Of a DNA stretch of 25,897 bases, positions 17,630-25,897 are shown in pieces. Below the pieces are notes generated by a model. It was not told the origin of the DNA, made no database searches, and saw only the letters and a program-made list of their open reading frames with translations. Made by a program: the position numbers and the translations under genes. The stretch's first letter is position 1. Every line of letters starts with the position of its first letter. Source of the stretch: a virus (lineage: Duplodnaviria; Heunggongvirae; Uroviricota; Caudoviricetes); IMG/VR virus record IMGVR_UViG_2698536403_000009. The stretch is one strand, 5' to 3'.

Positions 17630-20600
17630 ATGGGAAAAGGTGGCGGTAAGGCACACACGCCTCGTGAGGCGAAGGATAATCTCAAATCCACGCAGATGAT
17701 GAGCGTGATTGATGCGATTGGTGAGGGACCGATAGAAGGCCCGGTGAAAGGCCTGCAGAGTATTCTGGTGAACAAAACCCCGCTGACGGGCACGGACGGT
17801 AATCCCGTGATACACGGTGTGACCGCGGTCTGGCGTGCCGGGGAGCAGGAGCAGACACCACTGGAAGGCTTTGAGTCCTCCGGAGCTGAAACCGGACTGG
17901 GCGTGGAAGTGACGAAGGCAAAGCCGGTAACGCGCACCATTACATCCGCGAACATTGACCGCCTGCGGGTCACCTTCGGGGTGCAGTCACTGTTGGAGAC
18001 CACCTCAAAGGGCGACCGTAATCCCTCTTCTGTCCGGCTGCTGATTCAGTTGCAGCGTAACGGTAACTGGGTGACGGAAAAGGATGTCACCATTAACGGC
18101 AAGACCACCTCACAGTACCTGGCGTCGGTGATTCTGGATAATCTGCCTCCCCGTCCTTTTAACATCCGGATGGTCCGGGAGACAGCGGACAGCACCCCGG
18201 ACCAGCTGCAGAATAAGACGCTCTGGTCGTCATACACCGAAATCATCGATGTGAAACAGTGCTACCCGAACACGGCGATTGTGGGGCTGCAGGTGGATGC
18301 GGAGCAGTTTGGCGGTCAGCAGATGACGGTGAACTACCATATCCGCGGTCGCATCATCCAGGTGCCGTCAAACTATGACCCGGAAAAACGCACTTACAGC
18401 GGCATCTGGGACGGCAGCCTGAAACCGGCATACAGCAATAACCCGGCCTGGTGTCTGTGGGACATGCTGACCCACCCGCGCTACGGAATGGGAAAACGCC
18501 TGGGGGCGGCGGATGTTGACAAGTGGGCGCTGTATGCCATCGGGCAGTACTGCGACCAGACGGTCCCGGATGGTTTCGGGGGCACAGAGCCGCGGATGAC
18601 CTTTAATGCGTACCTGTCACAACAGCGTAAGGCGTGGGACGTTCTCAGTGATTTCTGCTCGGCGATGCGCTGTATGCCGGTATGGAACGGCCAGACGCTG
18701 ACGTTCGTTCAGGACCGCCCGTCGGATGTGGTGTGGCCGTACACCAACTGCGATGTGGTGGTGGATGATAACGGCGTGGGGTTTCGCTACAGCTTCAGCG
18801 CCCTGAAGGACCGCCACACGGCGGTGGAGGTGAATTACACCGACCCGCAGAACGGCTGGCAGACCTCCACGGAACTGGTGGAAGACCCGGAAGCCATACT
18901 GCGCTACGGGCGCAACCTGCTGAAGATGGATGCGTTCGGTTGCACCAGTCGCGGTCAGGCCCACCGTGCCGGGCTGTGGGTGATAAAGACCGGACTGCTG
19001 GAAACGCAGACGGTGGATTTCACGCTCGGGTCACAGGGGCTGCGTCACACACCCGGTGACATTATTGAAATCTGTGATAACGACTATGCCGGGACCCTGA
19101 CCGGCGGACGTGTCCTGTCCATCGATGCCGCCAGCCGCACCCTGACGCTGGACCGTGAGGTGACACTGCCGGAGACCGGTGCCGCCACGGTGAACCTGAT
19201 TAACGGCAGCGGTAAGCCGGTGAGTGTGGACATCGCCGCACACCCCGCGCCGGACCGGATACAGGTCAGTACCCTGCCTGATGGTGTGGAGACATACGGT
19301 GTATGGGGACTCTCCCTGCCGTCACTGCGTCGTCGCCTGTTCCGCTGTGTCTCCATCCGGGAAAACACGGACGGCACCTTTGCCATCACGGCGGTGCAGC
19401 ACGTACCGGAAAAAGAAGCCATCGTGGATAACGGGGCCAGCTTTGAGCCACTGTCCGGTTCGCTGAACAGCGTCATCCCGCCGGCTGTGCAGCACCTGAC
19501 GGTGGAGGTGAGCGCGGCTGACGGTCAGTATCTGGCGCAGGCGAAATGGGACACGCCGCGGGTGGTGAAGGGTGTGCGCTTCAGTCTGCGCCTGACCAAC
19601 GGAAGCGGAGAAGACAGCCGTCTGGTGACCACCGCCATCACTGCGGATACAGAGCATCGTTTCAGTGGTCTGCCGCTCGGGGAATACACCCTGACAGTCA
19701 GGGCAATTAACAGTTATGGCCAGCAGGGGGAACCGGCCACCACCACGTTCAGGATTAATGCACCTGCGGTACCCGCCACGATTGAGCTGACACCGGGCTA
19801 TTTTCAGATAACAGCGGTCCCGCGTCTTGCGGTGTATGACCCGACGGTACAGTTTGAATTCTGGTTCTCCGAAAAACGCATCACGAACACGGCACAGGTG
19901 GAAAAATCTGCCCGTTATCTGGGGACCGGCAGTCAGTGGACTGTCCAGGGGAGCCGGATTAAGCCGGGGACGGATTTCTGGTTTTATGTGCGCAGCGTCA
20001 ATCTGGTGGGCAAGTCTGCGTTTGTGGAAGCCAGCGGGCAGGCCAGTAATGATGGTGAAGGGTATCTGGAAATTTTCCGGGAAAAAATAGGAAAACTGCA
20101 TCTGGCTCAGGGGCTGTGGGAGCTGATAGACAACAGCCAGCTTGCGGATGAGATGGCGGAGATGAAGACCACCATCACCGAAACCCGCAATGAAATCACA
20201 CAGACGGTCAGTAAAACGCTGGAAGACCAGAGCGCCACCATTCAGCAGATACAGCGCGTGCAGAAGGACACAAATGATGACCTTGCTGCACTTTACATGC
20301 TGAAGGTACAGAAAACAAAAAATGGCATACCCTATGTTGCCGGTATTGGAGCGGGGATTGAGGATACTGATGGCCAGCCCCTGAGCAACATACTGCTGCT
20401 GGCTGACCGTATTGCGATGATTAACCCGGAGGACGGCAACACCACGCCGTTATTTGTGGCGCAGGGGAATCAGCTGTTCATGAACGATGTGTTCCTGAAG
20501 CGGCTGTTTGCGGTGAGTATCACCTCGTCCGGCAATCCCCCGACGTTTTCCCTGACGCCGGAGGGCAGGCTGACCGCAAGAAATGCTGATATCAGCGGTA

Positions 20601-21103
20601 ACGTGAATGCGAATTCCGGGACGCTCAACAACGTCACGATTAACGAGAACTGTCGGGTTCTGGGAAAACTGTCCGCGAACCAGATTGAAGGCGATCTCGT
20701 TAAAACAGTGGGCAAAGCTTTCCCCCGGGATTCCCGTGCACCGGAGCGGTGGCCATCAGGGACCATTACCGTCAGGGTTTATGACGATCAGCCGTTTGAC
20801 CGGCAAATTGTTATTCCGGCGGTGGCATTCAGCGGCGCTAAACATGAGAGAGAGCATACTGATATTTACTCCTCATGCCGTCTGATAGTGCGGAAAAACG
20901 GTGCTGAAATTTATAACCGTACCGCGCTGGATAATACGCTGATTTACAGTGGCGTTATTGATATGCCTGCCGGTCATGGTCACATGACGCTGGAGTTTTC
21001 GGTGTCAGCATGGCTGGTAAATAACTGGTATCCCACAGCAAGTATCAGCGATCTGCTGGTTGTGGTGATGAAAAAATCCACAGCAGGTATCAGTATCAGC
21101 TGA
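17630..21103 (+). CDS. J: Tail tip / host specificity protein J
   Basis: 1157 aa, colinear with lambda gpJ ([22 protein letters not shown]...); last ~150 aa differ substantially from lambda. Confidence 0.95.
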   Translation: MGKGGGKAHTPREAKDNLKSTQMMSVIDAIGEGPIEGPVKGLQSILVNKTPLTGTDGNPVIHGVTAVWRAGEQEQTPLEGFESSGAETGLGVEVTKAKPVTRTITSANIDRLRVTFGVQSLLETTSKGDRNPSSVRLLIQLQRNGNWVTEKDVTINGKTTSQYLASVILDNLPPRPFNIRMVRETADSTPDQLQNKTLWSSYTEIIDVKQCYPNTAIVGLQVDAEQFGGQQMTVNYHIRGRIIQVPSNYDPEKRTYSGIWDGSLKPAYSNNPAWCLWDMLTHPRYGMGKRLGAADVDKWALYAIGQYCDQTVPDGFGGTEPRMTFNAYLSQQRKAWDVLSDFCSAMRCMPVWNGQTLTFVQDRPSDVVWPYTNCDVVVDDNGVGFRYSFSALKDRHTAVEVNYTDPQNGWQTSTELVEDPEAILRYGRNLLKMDAFGCTSRGQAHRAGLWVIKTGLLETQTVDFTLGSQGLRHTPGDIIEICDNDYAGTLTGGRVLSIDAASRTLTLDREVTLPETGAATVNLINGSGKPVSVDIAAHPAPDRIQVSTLPDGVETYGVWGLSLPSLRRRLFRCVSIRENTDGTFAITAVQHVPEKEAIVDNGASFEPLSGSLNSVIPPAVQHLTVEVSAADGQYLAQAKWDTPRVVKGVRFSLRLTNGSGEDSRLVTTAITADTEHRFSGLPLGEYTLTVRAINSYGQQGEPATTTFRINAPAVPATIELTPGYFQITAVPRLAVYDPTVQFEFWFSEKRITNTAQVEKSARYLGTGSQWTVQGSRIKPGTDFWFYVRSVNLVGKSAFVEASGQASNDGEGYLEIFREKIGKLHLAQGLWELIDNSQLADEMAEMKTTITETRNEITQTVSKTLEDQSATIQQIQRVQKDTNDDLAALYMLKVQKTKNGIPYVAGIGAGIEDTDGQPLSNILLLADRIAMINPEDGNTTPLFVAQGNQLFMNDVFLKRLFAVSITSSGNPPTFSLTPEGRLTARNADISGNVNANSGTLNNVTINENCRVLGKLSANQIEGDLVKTVGKAFPRDSRAPERWPSGTITVRVYDDQPFDRQIVIPAVAFSGAKHEREHTDIYSSCRLIVRKNGAEIYNRTALDNTLIYSGVIDMPAGHGHMTLEFSVSAWLVNNWYPTASISDLLVVVMKKSTAGISIS

Positions 21104-21121
21104 ATTTTATAACCCAGAACG

Positions 21122-21148
21122 GGCGTCAGAAATGACGCCTTTTTTATT
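21122..21148 (+). terminator. Intrinsic terminator after J
   Basis: Stem ggcgtca/tgacgcc (21122-21128 / 21133-21139), loop gaaa, then ttttttatt. Confidence 0.6.
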
Positions 21149-21169
21149 GCAGAAAAGCGAGAGGTAATT

Positions 21170-21769
21170 ATGCGTAAACTTTATGCAGCCATTTTGTCCG
21201 CAGCCATTTGTCTGACCGTATCCGGTGCGCCTGCATGGGCGTCTGAGCAGCAGGCCACGCTGAGCGCGGGGTATCTTCATGCCCGGACGAACGCTCCCGG
21301 TAGCGATAATCTTAACGGGATTAACGTGAAATACCGTTATGAGTTTACGGACACACTGGGGATGGTGACGTCGTTCAGCTATGCAGGAGACAGGAATCGC
21401 CAGCTGACCCATTACAGCGATACCCGCTGGCATGAAGATTCCGTTCGTAACCGCTGGTTCAGCGTAATGGCGGGGCCGTCTGTGCGCGTGAATGAATGGT
21501 TCAGCGCGTATGCGATGGCGGGTGTGGCTTACAGCCGTGTGTCGACTTTCTCCGGGGATTATCTCCGCGTAACTGACAACAAGGGGAAAACGCACGACGT
21601 GCTGACCGGAAGTGATGACGGTCGCCACAGCGACACCTCTCTGGCGTGGGGAGCTGGCGTGCAGTTTAACCCGACCGAATCCGTGGCCATTGATATTGCT
21701 TATGAAGGCTCCGGCAGTGGCGACTGGCGCACTGACGGTTTCATCGTGGGTGTCGGTTATAAATTCTGA
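21170..21769 (+). CDS. lom: Lom / Ail-family outer membrane beta-barrel protein (moron)
   Basis: 199 aa with signal peptide (MRKLYAAILSAAICLTVSGAPAWA), alternating beta-strand pattern, C-terminal ...GVGYKF; position between J and stf as lambda lom. Confidence 0.9.
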   Translation: MRKLYAAILSAAICLTVSGAPAWASEQQATLSAGYLHARTNAPGSDNLNGINVKYRYEFTDTLGMVTSFSYAGDRNRQLTHYSDTRWHEDSVRNRWFSVMAGPSVRVNEWFSAYAMAGVAYSRVSTFSGDYLRVTDNKGKTHDVLTGSDDGRHSDTSLAWGAGVQFNPTESVAIDIAYEGSGSGDWRTDGFIVGVGYKF

Positions 21770-21795
21770 TTAGCCAGGTAACACAGTGTTATGAC

Positions 21796-21822
21796 AGCCC
21801 GCCGGTTCAGGCGGGCTTTTTT
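21796..21822 (+). terminator. Intrinsic terminator after lom
   Basis: 8-bp stem agcccgcc/ggcgggct (21796-21803 / 21810-21817), loop ggttca, then tttttt. Confidence 0.65.
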
Positions 21823-21833
21823 GTGGGGTGAAT

Positions 21834-22283
21834 ATGGCAGTAAAGATTTCAGGTGTACTGAAAGACGGCACAGGAAAACCGGTACAGAACTGCACAATCC
21901 AGCTGAAAGCAAAACGTAACAGTACCACGGTGGTGGTGAACACGGTGGCCTCTGAAAATCCGGATGAAGCCGGTCGTTACAGCATGGACGTTGAGTACGG
22001 TCAGTACAGCGTCATTCTGTTGGTGGAGGGCTTCCCGCCGTCACATGCCGGGACCATCACCGTGTATGAAGATTCTCAACCCGGTACGCTGAATGATTTT
22101 CTCGGTGCCATGTCGGAGGATGACGTCCGGCCGGAGGCACTGCGTCGTTTTGAACTGATGGTGGAAGAAGCGGCGCGTCACGCTGAGGAGGCGAAGAAGA
22201 ATGCCGGAGAGGCGGAGACGTCCGCGAGGAATGCCGGCATATCAGCCAGTCAGGCATCAATGCGTCGGATGCCATCAGTGTGA
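21834..22283 (+). pseudogene. stf: Side tail fiber stf, N-terminal fragment (~141 codons of stf then 8 junk codons and stop)
   Basis: MAVKISGVLKDGTGKPVQNCTIQLKA.RNSTTVVVNTV.SENPDEAGRYSMDVEYGQYSVIL nearly identical to lambda Stf N-terminus; homology ends at ~22256 where C-derived sequence begins. Confidence 0.8.
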
Positions 22284-23053
22284 TGGCCACGGCGCTGAAC
22301 AGTAATGTCAGAGGAGGCACTATGCCGCAATTAACTGCAACGGAAGCCGCCGTGCAGGAGAACCAGCGAGTGATGGGGATCCTGACATGCCAGGAAGCGA
22401 AAGGACGTGAACAGCTTGCCACGATGCTGGCAGGGCAACAGGGCATGAGCGTTGAACAGGCCCGGGCGATTCTGGCCGCGGCGGCACCGCAGCAGCCGGT
22501 GGCATCCGCGCAGAGTGAAGCCGATCGCATTATGGCGTGTGAAGAAGCGAACGGTCGTGAACAACTGGCAGTTACGCTGGCGGCGATGCCGGAGATGACG
22601 GTGGAAAAAGCCCGCCCGATCCTGGCTGCTTCACCGCAGGCGAATGCCGGACCATCACTCCGTGATCAGATCATGGCCCTGGATGAGGCAAAAGGGGCTG
22701 AGGCGCAGGCTGAACAGCTGGCTGCCTGCCCGGGAATGACCGTGGAGAGCGCCCGGGCTGTGCTGGCTGCGGGATCAGGTAAGGCAGAACCGGTCTCTGC
22801 ATCCACAACCGCCCTGTTTGAACATTTCATGGCGAACCATTCACCGGCTGCGGTCCAGGGGGGCGTGTCACAGGCGTCAGAAGACGGTGATGCGGACGTG
22901 AAAATGCTCATGGCCATGCCATGAAGTCAGTGCTGAACATCAATACGAGGTTTTAACAATATGGTGACGAAAACCATCACTGAACAGCGTGCGGAAGTAC
23001 ATATTTTTGCCGGTAATGATCCGGCTCACACCGCCACAGGCAGCAGCGGGATT
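22256..23053 (+). repeat. Inserted head-gene cassette (third, diverged copy): last ~22 codons of C, complete Nu3-like ORF with RBS, C-D intergenic, first ~31 codons of D
   Basis: Homology to 5016-5815 / 6824-7623 starts at tcaatgcgtcggatgcc (22256) and ends after ggcagcagcgggatt (23053); roughly 3-5% diverged from copies 1 and 2 (my estimate from protein differences and a few DNA mismatches). Confidence 0.8.
22322..22924 (+). CDS. nu3: Nu3-like scaffolding protein (copy 3, diverged), embedded within the stf locus
   Basis: Intact ORF with AGGAGG RBS; about 10 aa substitutions relative to copies 1 and 2. Confidence 0.5.
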   Translation: MPQLTATEAAVQENQRVMGILTCQEAKGREQLATMLAGQQGMSVEQARAILAAAAPQQPVASAQSEADRIMACEEANGREQLAVTLAAMPEMTVEKARPILAASPQANAGPSLRDQIMALDEAKGAEAQAEQLAACPGMTVESARAVLAAGSGKAEPVSASTTALFEHFMANHSPAAVQGGVSQASEDGDADVKMLMAMP

Positions 23054-23392
23054 CCGCAGCGAAGACATCCGAGACGAACGCGAAAGCGTCGGAAACCAGC
23101 GCAGAATCCTCAAAAACGGCTGCCGCATCGTCCGCCAGTTCGGCGGCGTCATCGGCATCATCTGCGTCTGCTTCAAAAGATGAGGCGACCAGACAGGCGT
23201 CAGCAGCGAAGGGCAGCGCCACGACGGCATCCACGAAGGCGACAGAGGCAGCTGGCAGTGCGACGGCGGCAGCTCAGAGCAAAAGTACGGCGGAATCCGC
23301 GGCAACGCGCGCTGAGACAGCGGCAAAACGGGCAGAGGATATTGCATCCGCCGTGGCGCTTGAGGATGCGAGCACGACGAAAAAGGGGATAG
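22961..23392 (+). pseudogene. D' fragment: first ~31 codons of the head decoration gene fused out of frame to stf sequence (Arg-rich junk tail)
   Basis: [31 protein letters not shown] matches D N-terminus; after 23053 the frame reads stf DNA out of frame. Confidence 0.7.
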
Positions 23393-23979
23393 TTCAGCTC
23401 AGCAGTGCGACTAACAGCACTTCCGAGTCACTGGCGGCAACGCCAAAAGCCGTTAAGGCCGCGTATGAGCTGGCTAACGGGAAATACACCGCACAGGATG
23501 CAACGACAGCACAGAAAGGGATAGTTCAGCTTAGCAACGCGACCAACAGCACATCTGAAATGCTGGCGGCAACGCCAAAGTCGGTAAAGGCAGCCTATGA
23601 CCTTGCTACGGGGTCTGCCGGTGATCATACTCATGGTAATGGTATTCGTTGGCCAGGAGGCGGCGGTTCTGCGTTAGCATTTTATGATGGCGGTGGGTTC
23701 ACTTATGTCCAGGATTCACAGTATCAAGTAAGCCCGGGGACTTCTTCCCGTAGATCGTATTATCAACGTATTCAGACACAGTCAGCAGGTGCTCATACCC
23801 ACTCGCTGTCTGGTACTGCAGCAAGTTCTGGCGCACATGCACATACTGTAGGTATTGGTGCGCATACGCACTCCGTTGCGATTGGTTCACATGGACACAC
23901 CATCACCGTTAACGCTGCTGGTAACGCGGAAAACACCGTCAAAAACATCGCATTTAACTATATTGTGAGGCTTGCATAA
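23053..23979 (+). pseudogene. stf: Side tail fiber stf, C-terminal portion (Ala/Ser-rich shaft plus His-rich tip domain); no start codon of its own upstream of GTG 23353
   Basis: Frame 1 from ~23053 encodes ...[41 protein letters not shown]... and C-terminus [61 protein letters not shown], matching the lambda Stf C-terminus. Confidence 0.8.
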
Positions 23980-24563
23980 TGGCATTCAGAATGAGTGAAC
24001 AAGCACGGACCATAAAAATTTATAATCTGCTGGCCGGAACTAATGAATTTATTGGTGAAGGTGACGCATATATTCCGCCTCATACAGGTCTGCCAGCAAA
24101 CAGTACCGATATTGCACCACCAGATATTCCTGCTGGCTTTGTGGCTGTTTTCAACAGTGATGAGGCATCGTGGCATCTCGTTGAAGACCATCGGGGTAAA
24201 ACGGTTTATGACGTAGCGTCAGGGGACGAGTTATTTATTTCTGAACTCGGTCCGTTACCGGAAAATGTTACCTGGTTATCGCCGGAAGGGGAGTTTCAGA
24301 AGTGGAACGGCACAGCCTGGGTGAAGGATACGGAAGCAGAAAAAATGTTCCGGATCCGGGAGGCGGAAGAAACAAAAAACAACCTGATGCAGGTAGCCAG
24401 TGAGCATATTGCGCCGCTTCAGGATGCTGCAGATCTGGAAATTGCAACGGAGGAAGAAACCTCATTGCTGGAAGCCTGGAAAAAGTATCGGGTGTTGCTG
24501 AACCGTGTTGATACATCAACTGCACCTGATATTGAGTGGCCTACGAACCCTGTCAGGGAGTAA
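23979..24563 (+). CDS. tfa: Tail fiber assembly protein Tfa
   Basis: 194 aa, same size as lambda Tfa; TAATG overlap with stf stop; conserved C-terminal [24 protein letters not shown]. Confidence 0.9.
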   Translation: MAFRMSEQARTIKIYNLLAGTNEFIGEGDAYIPPHTGLPANSTDIAPPDIPAGFVAVFNSDEASWHLVEDHRGKTVYDVASGDELFISELGPLPENVTWLSPEGEFQKWNGTAWVKDTEAEKMFRIREAEETKNNLMQVASEHIAPLQDAADLEIATEEETSLLEAWKKYRVLLNRVDTSTAPDIEWPTNPVRE

Positions 24564-24612
24564 TCATTGGGATTATGCCGCAGCACGTCTTAAGCAAGAA
24601 CGTGCTGCGGTT
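24402..24612 (+). repeat. Direct repeat (3' end of tfa plus hairpin), left copy
   Basis: About 85% identical to 25451-25662 (gagcatattgcg...gatgctgcagatctggaaattgcaacggaggaagaa...cgtgctgcggtt). Confidence 0.8.
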
Positions 24613-24627
24613 GGATGCTATTTTTTC
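24578..24627 (+). terminator. Hairpin with downstream T-run after tfa (weak terminator-like)
   Basis: 10-bp stem ccgcagcacg/cgtgctgcgg (24578-24587 / 24601-24610), 13-nt loop, then ttggatgctattttttcc; overlaps the 3' end of the minus-strand methyltransferase gene. Confidence 0.35.
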
Positions 24628-25286
24628 CCTGAAGCGGAAAACATTACTACAGTACCTTGAACCTTGGTTTTAACATTCTCGAAATGCTCTGAGAGTATAT
24701 GTGTTAAGCCTTCTTCGGAATCTTTTGTGTTTGAAAAGATGCCTTTCTGATTGTAAATGCGCATCAGTTTTTGACCGAAGCTATTGTGCACAACTCCATC
24801 GCCAAGAATTGTGGCTCCGTATAGAGTTCCATCGTCAGTTAAGGCCTGCGCCGCATTGCGTATTACACAGCTTTTTGTAGATATATTTCCAGGCAGGCAG
24901 TGAAGAAGGTAAAACATGGAAATGGAATCAAATTGACCATGTAACGCCGCGGGATAAGGTTCAAAAACATCATGGCTAATTTTATGTTTAATTTTTGATT
25001 CCCCAGCCCTTGTAGATGCCGCGTTCAGGCTAGCTTCGTTCAAATCCATTAAAGATATCAGACTACTCTCAGGTACGTGAGTAAGGTAAAACCCAGTTCC
25101 AACACCAATATCCAGATGGTTGTTACCTACATGTTCCAGAAAGTGTGGAAGAAGGTGTTCCTTTGTAGGACATCCCCATGCAAGCCGATTTGATACTCCC
25201 AAAACCCACCAGTCATAAAGCTTTAGGGTAAGTGGTGTGTAAATTTTAGCCCCATCATCTGTGTTTTTTTTCATTGATTTCACCAT
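24618..25286 (-). CDS. Class I SAM-dependent methyltransferase (moron; substrate unknown). Likely true start at the second Met (25274) which has a GGTGA RBS
   Basis: Minus-strand ORF of 222 aa; glycine-rich motif I LDIGVGTGFY followed by acidic LMDLN (motif II-like) and DSISMFYLLHCLP; lower GC than flanking phage genes. Confidence 0.75.
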   Translation of the reverse strand: MVKSMKKNTDDGAKIYTPLTLKLYDWWVLGVSNRLAWGCPTKEHLLPHFLEHVGNNHLDIGVGTGFYLTHVPESSLISLMDLNEASLNAASTRAGESKIKHKISHDVFEPYPAALHGQFDSISMFYLLHCLPGNISTKSCVIRNAAQALTDDGTLYGATILGDGVVHNSFGQKLMRIYNQKGIFSNTKDSEEGLTHILSEHFENVKTKVQGTVVMFSASGKK

Positions 25287-25342
25287 GTTATAGTTTTATT
25301 TGTGAATTAAATCAATTATGGCGATGAATTACAAGGGGTTAA

Positions 25343-25612
25343 ATGCTGCCGCAGCATAGCGATATTGAAATAGCCTGGTATGCTTCGATACAGCAGGAGC
25401 CGAATGGCTGGAAGACCGTCACCACACAGTTCTACATCCAGGAATTCAGTGAGTATATTGCGTCACTGCAGGATGCTGTAGATCTGGAAATCGCAACGGA
25501 GGAAGAAAGATCGTTGCTGGAGGCATGGAATAAATATCGGGTATTGTTGAATCGTGTTGATACATCAACTGCACCTGATATTGAGTGGCCTGCAAATCCT
25601 GTCAGGGAGTAA
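25343..25612 (+). CDS. Tfa-like protein fragment (tail fiber assembly C-terminal domain only)
   Basis: 89 aa; C-terminal 50 aa ([48 protein letters not shown]) ~85% identical to the Tfa C-terminus, N-terminal part unrelated; AAGGGG RBS. Confidence 0.65.
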   Translation: MLPQHSDIEIAWYASIQQEPNGWKTVTTQFYIQEFSEYIASLQDAVDLEIATEEERSLLEAWNKYRVLLNRVDTSTAPDIEWPANPVRE

Positions 25613-25662
25613 TCATTGGGATTATGCCGCAGACACGTCGTATGCAGGAACGTGCTGCGGTT
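25451..25662 (+). repeat. Direct repeat (tfa 3' end plus hairpin), right copy
   Basis: See left copy 24402-24612. Confidence 0.8.
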
Positions 25663-25726
25663 AGTTTGTGAGCTTTCGATAGTGGTTGTTATTTTTGCCC
25701 TTATTTGTTCCGGAGGCCATGGTTCA

Positions 25727-25897
25727 ATGGTCCGTCTGCCCCCTGTGGTGATGTCAGCAAAATCAGCCACTGCGCGAACCACAATAGCCCGGGAAGATGC
25801 TGAAGATCACCAGGTAAAGCTATCAGCGCAGAAACTGGAAGAACTGCTCGCATCAATGGTTAAGGATGAGGTTGATCGCAATGATGGGATTTATTGA
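25727..25897 (+). CDS. Hypothetical small protein (56 aa), stop codon coincides with the window end
   Basis: ATG 25727 preceded by GGAGG at 9-nt spacing; charged, helix-prone sequence (KLSAQKLEELLASMVKDEV); no recognisable homology. Confidence 0.3.
   Translation: MVRLPPVVMSAKSATARTTIAREDAEDHQVKLSAQKLEELLASMVKDEVDRNDGIY

Noticed and set aside
17268-17654. Minus-strand 128-aa ORF spanning the I-J intergenic insert
   Set aside because: It runs through both strong hairpins and the predicted promoter, is Cys/Phe-rich with no domain signal and starts inside J antisense; more likely non-coding.
24618-25286. Methyltransferase as the modification subunit of a restriction-modification system
   Set aside because: I found no DPPY/NPPY or PCQ catalytic motif and no adjacent endonuclease-like ORF within the window; it looks like a small-molecule or RNA-type class I methyltransferase, though this needs a profile search.
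25616-25726. Longer 93-aa version of the terminal small ORF starting at 25616
   Set aside because: The N-terminal extension overlaps the post-tfa hairpin and is Cys/Val-rich and low-complexity; the internal ATG at 25727 has a proper GGAGG RBS.

Overview
This window is the late (morphogenesis) region of a lambda-like siphovirus prophage in an enterobacterial (E. coli-type) background. It is colinear with phage lambda on the + strand: Nu1, A, W, B, C (with in-frame Nu3-like scaffold), D, E, FI, FII, Z, U, V, G/G-T (frameshift), H, M, L, K, I, J, lom, stf, tfa. A minus-strand SAM-dependent methyltransferase moron, a tfa-like fragment and a small ORF follow. All gene calls rest on my by-eye comparison of the supplied translations with lambda proteins as I remember them; no database search was run. 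Four things are not explained by the lambda backbone: (1) an 1808-bp tandem duplication in the head genes (3' part of C, D, 5' part of E) that leaves a truncated E'-C' fusion plus extra copies of Nu3 and D; (2) a third, more diverged copy of the C-tail/Nu3/D-head cassette (about 0.8 kb) inserted into the side-tail-fiber gene stf; (3) a 342-bp insert between I and J, which abut in lambda, carrying a minus-strand promoter, about 100 nt, an intrinsic terminator and a 13-bp hairpin, i.e. a candidate sRNA; (4) an AT-rich methyltransferase moron flanked by about 210-bp direct repeats of the tfa 3' end. I did not find a complete, clearly novel multi-gene system (no nuclease, ATPase, toxin, integrase or CRISPR array). 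The multi-copy repeats could reflect real inter-prophage recombination or an assembly chimera; the sequence alone cannot distinguish these.
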